This document shows, one piece after another, positions 1-15,827 of a stretch of 64,000 nt of DNA. Source of the DNA: the human T2T-CHM13v2.0 reference genome, Homo sapiens. A program made the position numbers and the translations under genes. Position 1 is the stretch's first letter. Each line of letters starts with the position of its first letter. The DNA lies in assembly GCF_009914755.1 (NCBI RefSeq), contig NC_060928.1; one strand, written 5' to 3'. The notes beneath the pieces are model-generated. The model had not been told where the DNA came from and did no database searches. It worked only from the letters and a program-made list of their open reading frames with translations.

Positions 1-2497
<2,497 letters not shown>

Positions 2498-3492
2498 TTA
2501 ACATTTTCTAAAATTGGCTAAAAGAAAGCAAGCATTCTTTAAATTAGCAGATCATTACCAGAAAAGGTATTGCCCTCCAAAATCTCAGCTGCAAGATAAA
2601 TACAAACTCAGGTTACAAATCAATAATGTCTCAATATGTATGAAGTTACACTGATGAAAATTTCACATAACACTAAATGGCAGAAAGGCTCATGCAGTCA
2701 TCCAGACTCTAACATCACCTTATGTACTAAGGAGTCATTATCCAACTTGAGACACCAGAATTTTGATTCTATAAATATCTCTGAGTGACCATCTACATTT
2801 CCAGTTTTATCATACTCCATTTTCCCCATCAAAGCTTTTGTTTTTATTAAGCCCAAGAAGAATAAGACAAAATGAAGAAAAATAGGTATGTGGTACACGA
2901 ATCCCTCTAGGTGACAGAAGAATGGACATGTCTGACTCAGAGAACATATTCAATAAATAACTGTTTATTAAATGAAAAAAATGCAATAAGGAGAATAGTC
3001 AGAATTGAGGTAAAGTAGATGGCCTGCATTTAAAAAATAGTTTTCCTAATCTTTCTACCACTTCAAGCATCACTTGGATCAAAACATTTTTTTGTTGGTT
3101 AACAATTTCCACACTTACTACGCCCCTGAATGTCTTCAGCCTCTTATTCAGTAGTTTCACATAACATCTAGTCAACATAAAGGGAATAATAAGCTGTGAT
3201 TAAAAGTAATATAATGCCATTGATACGTTTTTGTTGTACTGTATTAAGTAATTGTAGATTAAACTCTTATACCTTCCCACTATTATGTTGATGGCTGAAG
3301 TAATTAAATTATAGGATATAATAAATCATGGTTAGGAAAGATGAAACAAGAAATGGATCTCTATATTTAAGAACAGTTAGCAAACACTCTTTGTTTTTAC
3401 AAAGCCCAAGGTGACAGATAATTCAGGGGGGTTAGATGGAACTGTTCTATATCTTGATTATGATGGTGGCCACAAAAATATATGCATTTGTT

Positions 3493-3623
3493 GGCAGGGC
3501 ATGGTGGTGCCTGCCTGCAGTCCTAGCAGGCACCTAGAAGGCTGAGGTGGGAGGATCACTTGAGCCCAGGAGTTGAACTCCAGCCTAGGTGACAGAACTA
3601 GATCCTGTCTAGAAAAAAAAAAA
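3493..3623 (+). mobile_element. Alu monomer (FLAM-type)
   Basis: Single ~120-bp arm (GAGGTGGGAGGATCACTTGAGCCCAGGAGTT) followed by poly-A. Confidence 0.85.
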
Positions 3624-3899
3624 GTCCAGAACCAAAATCCTGGAATCAACAGCAAATAAACCTGGTGGGAGAAGGTTTTACATTAAAATAGTATAAGAAT
3701 ATTTTATGGTTTCAGAGTAGAATAAAGGATTTGATTAATCACATGCTTTATTCAAGTAAATATTCATGTTAAAATAACTAGAATGAAAAATAAAAGAACA
3801 GAATTCAGTATGCATATTAAAATCTAGGAAAAAAGAATTAAAAAATCAAAGTTTAGATAATTAAAAGTAAATATACATTAAAATACGTGATAGATATAA

Positions 3900-4870
3900 G
3901 TATATAAAATATAAAAGTAATTATAAATAATCTCTCCCCCTAAAAGATGAATATTATAATTTTGAATATTAAAGTTGGGTTGCTTCCTGATTACAAAAAA
4001 ATTTTACAAGTTAACAGGACAGAAATATTGAAAATAAAAGGATATTTTAAAAGTTTACTAGACACGAAATTACCAAGAAGATGCAGCTATATTTATATCA
4101 AATTTTAAAAGCAAAGATAAAGAGAATCACTTCTCTTTATTAAACAAACTCACCAGGATGATATAAAACTTATAAACTCATATATATCTAATATATAGTA
4201 TGAAAATACATAAAAAATTGAGAAAGCTCTGAGAAAAAGTAGACCTATTGTTATACTAAGTGATTTTATATTTCCCTAAGTTAATAACAGATTAAGCAGA
4301 CAAAAACAATTCAATGAGTCAGTAAGCTTACAGAAAACTTGAGGAACACCACTAACATGATTGATATAGTATATGTGTGTATGTTTACAATTTTTTACCC
4401 CAAAATGAAAAATATGAGTATTTGTAAGTATAAATTAGACATTTATAAAATCCAACCATTTACTGGATCATAAATCAAGTTTCAAAGTAGTTCAAAGATT
4501 TGCTATCATAATAATCCTATCACATTTTCTGTACATGGAGGATTCATATTGGTAATTAATAACAATTTTATAAATATTTATCAATATTTAAAAACTAAAA
4601 GCATTTCCAAATAAGTCATTTACTAGATAGAATTAATGAAAATTAGAAAATACTTAAAGTTCAATAATAATATTGCATATAAAAAAGCACTTAGATGGAA
4701 TTTTGTCCTCCAAAATGTTTGTATTAGAAAGACTAAAAATTAATCCGCTAAGTATTCAACTTAGGTAGACAATGACACAAGAACAAAATCAAAGGAAGTG
4801 GAAGAAATGAAATAATAAATGTAAAAACAGAAGATTATAAATAGAAAATGAAGACAAAAACAAATATAAT
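3900..4870 (+). mobile_element. Ancient L1M ORF2 endonuclease-region relic
   Basis: A-rich degenerate similarity to the 5' part of L1 ORF2 (e.g. GCTATATTTATATCA...AAAGATAAAGAG, GGATCATAAATCAAGTTTCAA); boundaries approximate. Confidence 0.6.
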
Positions 4871-5529
4871 TCGTCAGTTAAAAAGAGATAAATAAATTGA
4901 TGATTGCTATATCTCTAATATGCAACAGGCACTGTGCTGTCTTCTTAGTATGATACTATCATTATATTTCTAGATTGGTCAAGTATAATTATATCCTCAC
5001 TTCATGTTAAATGACTTAACAAAGTTCACATGGTTAGTAAGGTGGATATTAAAATATATGTCTCTCAGATCCAAAGCCTGTGGGGCTTTTTCTAATATAA
5101 TTTAAACATCTTCACATTTCTTTATCAAAAAAGGTATTGCTTGAATTCTAGTCTCCTTAGTTCATGCATTACCAACTGCACTGATAAAAGAAGTCAAAAT
5201 AAATTAAAAAGCAAACATACAATTTTCACAAATTGAAATTTGGAGGACCAAATCATAAAGCTATCCATAACCCTATTACTCATAGTGTAATTAATGGACT
5301 GGTATAACCTGGAAGATTGTTAAAAATGCATGATCTCAGTCCTGAACATGTTCTGTCTAATGTGATGGACCAGAGCTTAGCCAACTGCCATCTGACAGAA
5401 CTAAGGAAGGTAAAATTTTATTAAATTTGTAAGCAATAAAATTGGCCTTCTATTAGTAAAGAACACAGATTTTAATAGGCAACTAGTTCCCTTTGCCACT
5501 GACTATTTAAAAAGGAGAAAAAGAAGAAA

Positions 5530-5920
5530 CCTAAGTTTAACAAATTAGACTATGTTCAGTTGAAGTCAAGCATCAGAATGACAGGGAGTCTGAAAAATCA
5601 AAAGATATAAAGAGTGGCTAAAGGTACCAGGGACATTTTGACCTGAGAAAGTGACCTGACACTCGCCATCCAATATGTAATTAATTGCTTAACTAAAGCG
5701 GCCATAAACAAAATCAGTAATTAAGAGTAATAAAGGAGCAGAATTAAGCTCAATACAAATAAAGATATTTTATTAGGAGGTATCCAGTCACAAAACTAGT
5801 AAAGCTAGTCAAAATGCACCATATCCTAAAGAATGTCACAACAAACTGAGTGAATGTTTGCTAGGGATATTGCAGAAGGGCTATTTTCAGAAAAACTGAA
5901 TAGGCCTTCCAAGTCTATGT
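5530..5920 (+). mobile_element. L3/CR1 LINE 3' fragment
   Basis: Degenerate match to remembered CR1 3' region (ACAAATTAGACTATGTTCAG...CAGAATGACAGGGAGTCTGAAAA...GGGACATTTTGACCTGAGAAAG; GCTAGGGATATTGCAGAAGGG). Confidence 0.5.
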
Positions 5921-7686
5921 TCAAGTTGTAGTAATAATAATCACATAATTTCTTTACTTATCATGCCCATAATTAATCAAATTTACATAGTTAAAATTTA
6001 GCTAGTTCATCTATATCTGTTGCCTAAAACTGGTCTGTAATGGAAAATGCTTAAACATTCTCATATTGTGAAATCATCGTACACTTGCTCATGCGTGATC
6101 ATTTTCAAGAGGAATGTCATTTCTAGAAAATAGTCCAGCACTAGATCCACATGTTTTCAGTAACTTTTATCAAATTATAAATATATTTACTGAAGTTCAA
6201 TATGTTGTCATTATGATGTCAGATTAAAAATAAAATGTGAGCTTTTATTTCTTTTTTAAGTAGATTTGGTCATAAAACACGATTGCTTCCACTGTAATTT
6301 ATTTTCCAATTAATTGCATAATTAAATCTCAAACCACAAGACAAAATACTCTGTTTCAAGCTGCATATTAGCCTATGGTTTTCATTATATCAACTGACAT
6401 AATGAGCAAGGTAGTAATTATCATGAAATAGGCCAGTGCTGTACACATAACTCTTTTTCCGCAAAATGCATGAATAGCTAACATGACTAAGTACCTAAAT
6501 AAAATCTCTGGTCAAAAATTCATAAAACAAATATAGTGTACATATTCAATGTATAACATTTTAAAGAGACCTAGATACAAGACAGATGAATTACAAAAAG
6601 ACTGATATCACCTCTGGAAGTTGCTTATAAACATGGGAATACGACCCATATTACAGTCACTATTACTTATTTCCATATACTAAAGCATATCCCTTATCTA
6701 TTTTTCATAACTATGTTACTACTATATAGGTACAATATTATCCCTTAATATACAGTTATTCCTTTATATAGAATCCAGTGATTTTTGTTTATAAATTAAG
6801 AAAAACCTTTCATAGCTCAAGATGAGAAACGAAAACATTTAGATGTATGTGATGTCTCATAGCTACATATGAAAGCAGAACTTTCAAACTGGTATATCGA
6901 TATAGTATAATCAATCATTCAATCAATCAACAAGTGCTCACTAAGCTTCGAATCTATGTCTATAGTAAAGATTAAATTACAATGAACTCTTTTTTTTTCC
7001 CTTTAAAAAAGTAGAACCTGTTCCATATTTGGATATTAAGGAAATTATCTAAATCTCAATTTCCAGGTATAATGGATTGTGGACTAATAATAAACTATCA
7101 GAAACAGTCACATGTAAATAGGAAAGCAGCAAGTAAGAAAAAACTATGCATAATTTAACCCATTCTATTTGAAGATCTATATGATTTTGTATTTCAATAT
7201 TTTATTGTCTGTATTTGTTTTAGATATACCTTTTTTGATATGTTGTAAAATTTACAAGAACAGATGTACTATTAAATGAGAGTGACTAGGTGTAATCTAT
7301 GCTCACATCTTATTTAAGGTTTATGGCTTCTCTCTTAACAAAGCATTGTTAAAGATAAAAACAAGAAAACTTAGATTGAAATTTTAAAATAAAGTAATAT
7401 ACTAATCAATAACAAAAATTCAGACTAACAAAAATATTTACAAAGATGAATATGAAAAAACACATATTGAATCACTGCCATATATCTTTTACAGTATAGT
7501 TATAAATTATAAACTCCAGGAGTTTGCCCCAGAAAAGCATATTAATTTGAATTTGAGCAGGAATGATGATATTGATACACAGCATCTAGAGAACATAGTG
7601 TATTGAATAGTAATTATAATAATAGAATATAGATTAGACAAATAACATTTATTTACTTGACTGGTCTTTGACAAATCAAACTGACG

Positions 7687-7986
7687 TTTATTTATTTATT
7701 TAAAACAGAGTCTCACTTTGTCACCCAGGCTTGAATGCAATGGCATGCTCTTGGCTCACTACAGCCTCAACCTCTGGGGTTCAAGCAGTTCTCATGCCTC
7801 AGTCCTCCAAATAGGGGGAATTACAGACATACACCACTATGTCTGGCTAATTTTTGTATTTTTTTTTTTAGAGATGGGGTTTTTGCCATGTTGCCCAGGC
7901 AGTCTCGAACTCCTGAGCTCAAGCCATCTGCCCACCTCGGCCTCTCAAAGTGCTAGGATTACAGACATGAGCCACTGTGCTCTGCC
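7687..7986 (-). mobile_element. AluJb-like
   Basis: Full antisense Alu with (TTTA)n tail and J features (CTCCTGAGCTCAAGC); flanks AAACTGACG/AAACTGATG. Confidence 0.92.
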
Positions 7987-8335
7987 TAAACTGATGAATT
8001 TTAAATCTAATAATTAAAAGCAGGTGTTTGTACTCCTAAATTAATTTCCAATTTAAAACTGTCTTAGATTCAATAAAAGTAATATTTTACAGAATTTGAA
8101 GACTCTTTGGAAGATATATCTTTTACAAATTATATTATTCTGAGGATCAACAATATTCTGAAAATCCAGTAGCCTTTCAGCTATGCTTAATTCTCTTTTA
8201 CTCACAACATATTCAACAACTTGTACTGTTGAATTTTATAACTGTCACAAAATGAAGCTAATTATAAATTTCAAAAAGGTGTATGAACATAAAATACTAA
8301 ATTTTAGTCCTAAATACTAAAATTTAGAATACATT

Positions 8336-8471
8336 AGAGAGAGAGCACTCATTGCAGATATTGACTTGCCATTTAAATTATGGGTATAAAATATTTTTGA
8401 GAATTTTGGAAGAGGAAAATGACAAAAGGATAATGAGTCTAAAAGCTTTTTCTGTTTTTGATTCTAAGAGA
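8336..8471. repeat. Left arm of ~135-bp inverted repeat (pairs with 9779-9922)
   Basis: Hand alignment to the reverse complement of 9779-9922 gives a 31-bp perfect core (CATTTAAATTATGGGTATAAAATATTTTTGA), roughly 85-90% identity overall and two small indels. Confidence 0.95.
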
Positions 8472-8565
8472 ATCCATTAAATTCCATAAATAAGATTCTA
8501 TTCTAGTATTTTCGAACTAAAATACTAAATTTTAGTTGTAAAATACTAAAATTATTTATGCTCAC

Positions 8566-8667
8566 AGTTGCCTTACGCAGTATCAAATTTTTGAAGGTAA
8601 TGTCGTCATAGGATCTATATCATTTTCAAATACCTAAGTCCTTGGAGAGATCCTTAAAAGAGAAAAA
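8566..8667 (-). ncRNA. Candidate non-coding exon (alternative acceptor 8652, alternative donor 8577)
   Basis: Minus strand: TTTCTTTCTTTTTTCAG| acceptor (or CTCTTTTAAG|), donors ACT|GTGAGC or TGC|GTAAGG; stops in all three frames. Motif-based only. Confidence 0.45.
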
Positions 8668-9778
8668 CTGAAAAAAGAAAGAAATGTATATTGTTTTAAA
8701 ACATGGGACCTGGTATTATTAAATTAGATTCAATTGAGAAGAAATATAACCTTTTTGGTTTATATGTAAAACTCTGAAATATGTGACATTTTAGAGATAC
8801 ACTTAAAACTTATGTAGTCCAGTGAAATAAATAGATTGATATGTATTCCAGTGATATATGTAATCCAGTGAAACCAATTGATAGCATAAATGCTGCTTGT
8901 ACAATGGGGACTTCACGCATAATCTAATTTTGAACATAGAAACAGCTTTAATACATAATTTCTAGGCCAAGAAACACTAAGTATAATTAAGTGTTGAATT
9001 CAGTGATTTTAGTGCTGCAATAAAAATGGGAGCAGAGAGATTTATGAAACAATCAACATATTAAAAATGAAAATAAAAATACAGATTTTTAACACATTTT
9101 CAGCAAACTAATTTCTTCTAAGCTTGTCTCCTGATATGGCCTAAACCACTGGCATTGCTGGTTAATCACTTTCAGGGGGAAAACAAAAAGAAACTACTTC
9201 AAGATCATAGGCTTTCTATTTTACTATAAAAGTTTATGCTCTGAAATGTTTCAAAGTTAGCAGTCTTGGTAACATTAATTCACTACAAGAACCAATGATC
9301 AGATTCGTGAGTAAACCAGAGGAATAAAACATAATTAGTTACCACCAATGTGCAGAGAAATTGTAAATGTGATTAAAAGTTTGTGTTTTAATTATAAATC
9401 CTATTAACCTATTTCAGTGTCTGAGAATCTTTCAACTTCATTAGTCTATGGTATAAGAAATCTGTTTTTATTTGTGTGAGTGGGTGTGCAGACACTACAT
9501 ATAAATTAATTATTTTCTGGATTCAGTAAAATACATTAACCCTTATAAATCCATTTATTTCACACTAGCTGGAATGTCAAGTATATAGATCACAAGACCA
9601 GAACAAAGCAGAATTGTTCCATGCTTCTGCAACCCCTATATCTCTCTTCTTTGTATTTTTTTTTCATTTAGTTCTGAATTTCATCTTGATGATTCCTCTT
9701 AAGGCAAACAGTTTTCTAAGATCCTTTCTTCAAAAGAGTTAGGCCTTCAAATTTGTCTATAAATAACAATCCAACCAA

Positions 9779-9922
9779 TCTCTTAGAATCCAAAACACAA
9801 ACAGCTTTTAGACTCTTATTTCTTCTGTCATTCTTCTCTTCCAAAATTTTCAAAAATATTTTATACCCATAATTTAAATGACAAAATAGACAATATCTGC
9901 AATGAGCACGTGTGCTCTCTCT
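9779..9922. repeat. Right arm of inverted repeat (pairs with 8336-8471)
   Basis: Reverse complement aligns to 8336-8471; this arm has an extra CACGTG and a 4-nt insertion relative to the left arm. Confidence 0.95.
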
Positions 9923-10209
9923 CTCTCCCCACCTTAATTTTTCTATCTTCCACGGTGTTGCCTTCCTTCTCCAAATCATTTTCTCTGATAATAAGAGGAG
10001 ATTCTTTCACCACAAATGTAGATAATTTTCCTGTTTACCCATTACATCCAAATCAATCAGCTGGAAGGAAAAAATTGTTCATTCAACCTCAAACTATAGG
10101 TATATACAGTAAAAAATATTGTCCACCTTATTTTTAAGGAAGCTATATTTTAAAATTCAAGTCATCAGCAGATGCCATGGTATGTTTACTGCAATGTAAG
10201 AATACTCAC

Positions 10210-10375
10210 CCTCCTTGCCAATCAGATAGTGAGGCTGTCATTACAATGTTGAAAACCAAGTGAAGATATACAGTATTTAACATTCAACAGATGGTGAAAT
10301 TATAAAACAAGTCCAAAGCACAGTAATAACAAATGGTCTTTATAGTGTGGAGCTGAGATGCAAGTGATTCAGGTT
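10210..10375 (-). ncRNA. Candidate non-coding exon (166 nt)
   Basis: Minus strand: CATTTTCTTTTTCAG|AACC acceptor and AGG|GTGAGT donor; no recognisable repeat; stops in all frames. Confidence 0.55.
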
Positions 10376-12180
10376 CTGAAAAAGAAAATGCCAAATTAAT
10401 TTATTTGTAACTCTCAACTCCGTGGCTTGATTGGATCGAAAAAGCAGATTACTGCCGTTTTATTCCTCTTGGTTCCTTCATTGTCATTATTTTGATTCTG
10501 TGTCAGCATCCTAGATGACACTTAAATGGACTGAACTAGTACAGAGCTTAAATAACTGAAACTAATGAAGACCTGTGGTCATAACTAGACTGCCCACACT
10601 TTTGTAGACACCCATCAGAAATAAAGAATCATAATTATTTTATAGTGCCACTTTCCACTTTCAGTTACAAGTCTCACATTCTTCTTTGAGTTTGGGGTGT
10701 ATCTATTCATGATTTTTTAAAAAGTTGGATAATTCACATGTATGGGGAAAGGTATATGTCTTTAGATTTCTAAGTAAAAAATATTGGAAAATGTTCCTCA
10801 AAGGTTTTTCAGATGATATATAGAGCTCTTTGGGAGCTCCTTGAGAGTGGCGGGAGTGTTTTCTTTCTCTTTATTTCTCAAAGCACATTTAGGTGCTCAC
10901 CAAATGTTGGGTGTTTTAAGTCAGGTAACTTACTTGAAAGGACTATTAAATTGAACTGAATAGACTTCCTAATTGCATCTGCAATAGAAAGGGCATTCAA
11001 GCCAGGACTTGAATCTCTGGGGATCAATAATCTGTTATCTTTTCAGGGTAAAATGAAGACACGATTAATACTGATGTTGGTCTTTTGTTTTTCCTTTCCA
11101 TCATTTACTTTGTTTTCTAATGCAAGAGTAAATAAAATTATTCAAGCACTAAAATCTGAAAAAAAGCAATAGAGAAAGAATAGCTACCGTATGAATACAG
11201 AACTAACTTCTATATACACACTGATGCACCTGGAAAGCAAATTTACATAGATATATGAAAAAAGCATTACATATCCCCCATCTCTGCCACTTTTAATACC
11301 AAAGTTTGATATGCATCCCTCCATAACTTCTTTATGCATAAATATTATGTTTTTATACACACATATCCATAGATTATTTGTCTTTTGTTTGTTGATATTT
11401 TATACAGGCTTTAATCTTCATGGGAAAACAAGTTTGTTTGATGATTGATCCAGGTAGTCTCCTGAAACAGCCCGGCAATGAACTAGCTGGGGCCAGGATT
11501 TTCCTCCTCTTCCAGCAAAGGGTCCTTCCAGCTTTGAAGGATCTCAACTTCTTTCAATGTGTCCAGTTGGGAGGAGGCAATTGGCATTCTCATTACTCCC
11601 TTACTAGCTGATATCCTGATTCAGACTATCTTTCCAAACTCATACTGTTTCCCCCCATTTTTGAGGTCACTTTCATAATCATCTCTCATAAAATAAGAAC
11701 ACCAAAGCAGTAGGTAACTTTCCTGGAACAAATTTCCTTGGTGTGCCCTGCTGTGCCCAGAGAAGGAAGCATGTATTCTGAAGAACTCCATGAAAACTGG
11801 GGACTTGTCTGTATCTGCGATCTGCCCATTAGCTCCTATCAGAGCAAGGTGACACTTCTAGTGTTTTGCCCAAAACTTCTGCTCATCAGTGGCATCAAAT
11901 GCAGGGTGAGCGCCACTACCTACTTAAAGCATTTAACTGAACACATTAACAAAGGGAGATATTTCTCTGGGGTTAGAGCAGGTCGTAGTGAAGATAATAG
12001 CCATATGGTCTTGTGGTCTGTCAGGCAGTGATGCCCTAAAGTAGGTGAATCACTTGGCCGTGGTAGAGTACCTATACTCTTTAATAAAACTGCTCTTGAA
12101 TTTTCTATTTTATTTATTTTGAGGCAACAAGAGCTTCTGGATCACAATAAACTCCTCAATGAAAATAAGTTTTCTCCTAC

Positions 12181-12267
12181 CTGTTAATGATTAGCAATGA
12201 GTAGATTTGTTAAGTGCTTCAAAAATTAGTAATTGCCGTTCATTTAACCCATCTAATAAGCCAGGTC
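12181..12267 (-). ncRNA. Weaker candidate non-coding exon (87 nt)
   Basis: Minus strand: CATTTTCCTAAACAG|GA acceptor and CAG|GTAGGA donor; stops in all frames. Confidence 0.25.
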
Positions 12268-12289
12268 CTGTTTAGGAAAATGACATATA

Positions 12290-13115
12290 TCATTCACTAA
12301 TCACTTAATACAAAACTATTGAGTATCTACAGTTTACCAGGCACTAGCTTAGGCAATGGAGATATGATATCCTAATAAGAAACCTAGTTTAATAAATAAA
12401 TGCTTATAAGACAGAGAGACAGAATAGGCACAGGATGATTCAGGAAGAATGTCTTAATTGTTAACTAAAAGAGTAAGGCAAGAGTTGGCCAAGCAGGGAT
12501 GTGAGGAAAGACATTCCAACAGAAAACAACATTTGCAGAAGCCTGTAAGGCATATCTGCCAAACTTACGGAAATGGAACAGGCTGTGCAAAGAACAGAGT
12601 CATGAGAGATAAGGCTCAAGAGGTAAATCAGTGGCCAGACAATGAATGGTCATGTAAAATATGCTAAACATTTTTGATAAGGGGAGCTGTACAAGAAAGT
12701 AAAATTAATGAAGTTAAAAGATACAGAAGGTCAAATAGAAAGGATTTAGTGATTGGATATTCTCAGTCATGAAGATGGAGGGTTAATGATATTACCCCAA
12801 GGTCTAAGTTTGGTAACTGGTGGGATGGAGACTTCATTCATAAGGAAAAGAAGGGAAAGCTAAACAATGGTACAGGTTGCTTTTATTGGTGAGAAAAAAC
12901 AGAGAGATAGAGGATTCTGTTTTGGAAAAGTGAGTTTGAAATACTGTGGGACATAAAAGTAGATGCAGCTGGTGGTAGTTAGATATATTAGGCTGAAGTT
13001 ACAGAAGATATTTGTGTTGATGATTTAGATTTGTAGCTGAAAAATAAAGACAAATGAGAAAGCATGGACAGGAAAGTAGGAGGGGAAACGCAGTATCATA
13101 GAAGCCAATTAATAA
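12290..13115 (-). mobile_element. L2 LINE, 3' part (continues at ~17145)
   Basis: Antisense L2 hallmarks (TATTGAGTATCTAC...CCAGGCACT, GAAAGACATTCCAACAG, GTTTTGGAAAAGTGAGTTTGA, TCATAGAAGCCAA). Confidence 0.75.
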
Positions 13116-13117
13116 GA

Positions 13118-13470
13118 TATTTTATTTCCCTAATTACACAAGTTATATATGCTCCTTATACTATGATCCAAGCAATAAAATGTGCATTAAGAATGAATAA
13201 TGTTTCCTCTGCCTGACACAATCTAAATCACAAAAAGACATTAGTAACATTTTTATGGATATCTCACTGGACATTTTCTATGCATATATAAATATACACA
13301 TCTATATGCATAAACATGCACATTTACACAGCAGGGATCATATCATATATTCTGCAACTTACTTGTTTTATTTAAAAGATTGTGGATATATTTCACTATC
13401 AGTACATAGAGATTTATAATATTATTTTTAATGGTTGGATGATATTCCATTGTATGAATATAGCATAGTT
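13118..13470 (-). mobile_element. L1ME-type 3' end
   Basis: Antisense old-L1 3'UTR pattern (GGGATCATATCATATATTCTGCAACTT, ATATTCCATTGTATGAAT). Confidence 0.6.
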
Positions 13471-13479
13471 AATATTTTA

Positions 13480-15300
13480 AATTTATATTTAAATGTTTAT
13501 TATAGAAATAATTCAAAGACATTGTGAAAAAAAAAACAGGAAAAAAAAAAAACTTATACTCCTCCTCCTCTACCTCAGAGTCAACCAGTGTTAATCTTTT
13601 ACTCTTTAGGACATCTGGAGGTTAAGTTTTCAAATATGACACTTAAAATTTTATTATATCATTATCAGCTTTAGATCTCCATTATTTGCCACCTTTAAAG
13701 ATGAAAAATTTAGGGATTTTATGCAATCCCTCATCTCCCTTTCCCTCCACATCCAAATGTTTGTGAGTTAATCATTTTAATTTCTTCTTGGGTTTTCACT
13801 TTTTAAAACTTTCTTTCTTTACATGACAAATTGTAATTTCTTTTTTTAAAGCTAGCACTTAATATTATCTATTTTACCCTGGATTAAAAGAAAGAAAATT
13901 AGCTCCTTAAGCTCTATCTTTTCTTCCATTTCTTAAAAAATTTTAAGAAAAATTATTAAGGGCTTATAACTTTTACATTCTCTTCTGTAAATACGCATCC
14001 TAAAGAGAATTTTCTGTTTCTATAGCTTAATACAAAAAGGTTAAACCACAGTGCATAATTTAACATGTGATTATGAAAACATTATGTACCACAGAATTAA
14101 AAAGTTAGATTGAACCCATACAGATGTAAGAACAAGCCATTGAAAACTTGTTTCTAACTTCCTTCCCATCTTCTGGATAAGATTCACTAGTTACTCTATT
14201 TTTGTATTCTATATTGTCTCATATTTTGGAGTAGGGTAGTATCTTTTTATTTTCTGGAAAACTCCCTAAAATGATTGTTTTCACAGAGTAAATATACATA
14301 ATGATATTTCTTAGTTATTCTATGCCTGAAAAAGTGTATAATTTACCCTCACATTTGATTGATAACACATCCAGTTGTAGAACTCTAGGTTTAAAACATT
14401 TTTTTTCCTCTCAGACTTAGGAAGTCATTGTTCTCAGGTTCCATGTTGCTGACGAGAAGTCTGATGTCTTTCTGAGTGCCAATCCTTTGAAATCAACATA
14501 ATGCAATATACTTTGTTTTATTTCTTTCTAAATAGTTTTAAGGTTTTTCTCTTTAATCTTGATATTATGAAATTTTTACTGTTTGAGTCATTTTGCCTGA
14601 TGTTGTTCAGCAACTGAAGACTTAGGTTTTCTACCCATGTATACAGTACATCAGATAAGACAAACTAGTGTTTCTCTACTCTCCATCTAGCACTCCTTTT
14701 GCGGGCTCTTTTTCCCATTTTTTTATTACTTAACTTTCCTCATAATCATTTTCTTCTGTTTCTTTTCTGTCCAAATTCTGTCAAATTTCCTTGATTTTTT
14801 TCTTTCAGATTACTTATTGCTATTTTTTGAGATAATTTGTTCTGCTATATATCTTAACTATGTTGATTTTTACCTTTTGGACTTTGGCTATCTTTTTTAT
14901 TTCCACACTCATTTATTAAATTTATAAACATTTTTTCCAATAGATTCAATTTACACCTAAATATTTATAAGGGCAATAAGAATTATTGTTAAGGTTTCTT
15001 TTGTTTTGTTTTTTTTGTTCTCTGCATTATCTCTATTTCCTCCAGGGTTGATTTGTTTTGGTTTGTTTTTAGTTCATCCTGGATCTTTCTCTTGATGATG
15101 TTGTCTTCAGATGTCATGCTGTTCGTCATTCATAAATATAAACGTACTATGTTAACAAGTGTGCCGAGCCAAATGTGTTTTCTCACCAGTTGTATATGTC
15201 TCTTCTAGATGATTACTCCCTTAAATTGGAATATCAATCGCAATTTCTATAGAAATATTGAGGTATGTCAGCAGGTAATCTTCTTATAGTTTGAATAGAT
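13480..15300 (-). mobile_element. HAL1 / old L1 ORF1-region relic
   Basis: T-rich antisense ORF1-like motifs (TAGAACTCTAGGTT, TGTTGCTGACGAGAAGTCTGATGTC); boundaries approximate. Confidence 0.5.
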
Positions 15301-15316
15301 AAAAAACAGGAAATCA

Positions 15317-15827
<511 letters not shown>

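Noticed and set aside
8811-8871. CRISPR-like repeat-spacer pattern
   Set aside because: Only three 15-mers with 14- and 2-nt spacers in human DNA, and no cas genes
8336-9922. Inverted repeat as the TIRs of an unknown 1.6-kb DNA transposon
   Set aside because: No target-site duplication at the outer ends, the ends fade into (GA)n, there is no internal transposase remnant, and the direct repeats flank only the left arm
13929-13950. Palindrome TTTCTTAAAA-AA-TTTTAAGAAA
   Set aside because: Short and of low complexity; expected by chance in AT-rich DNA
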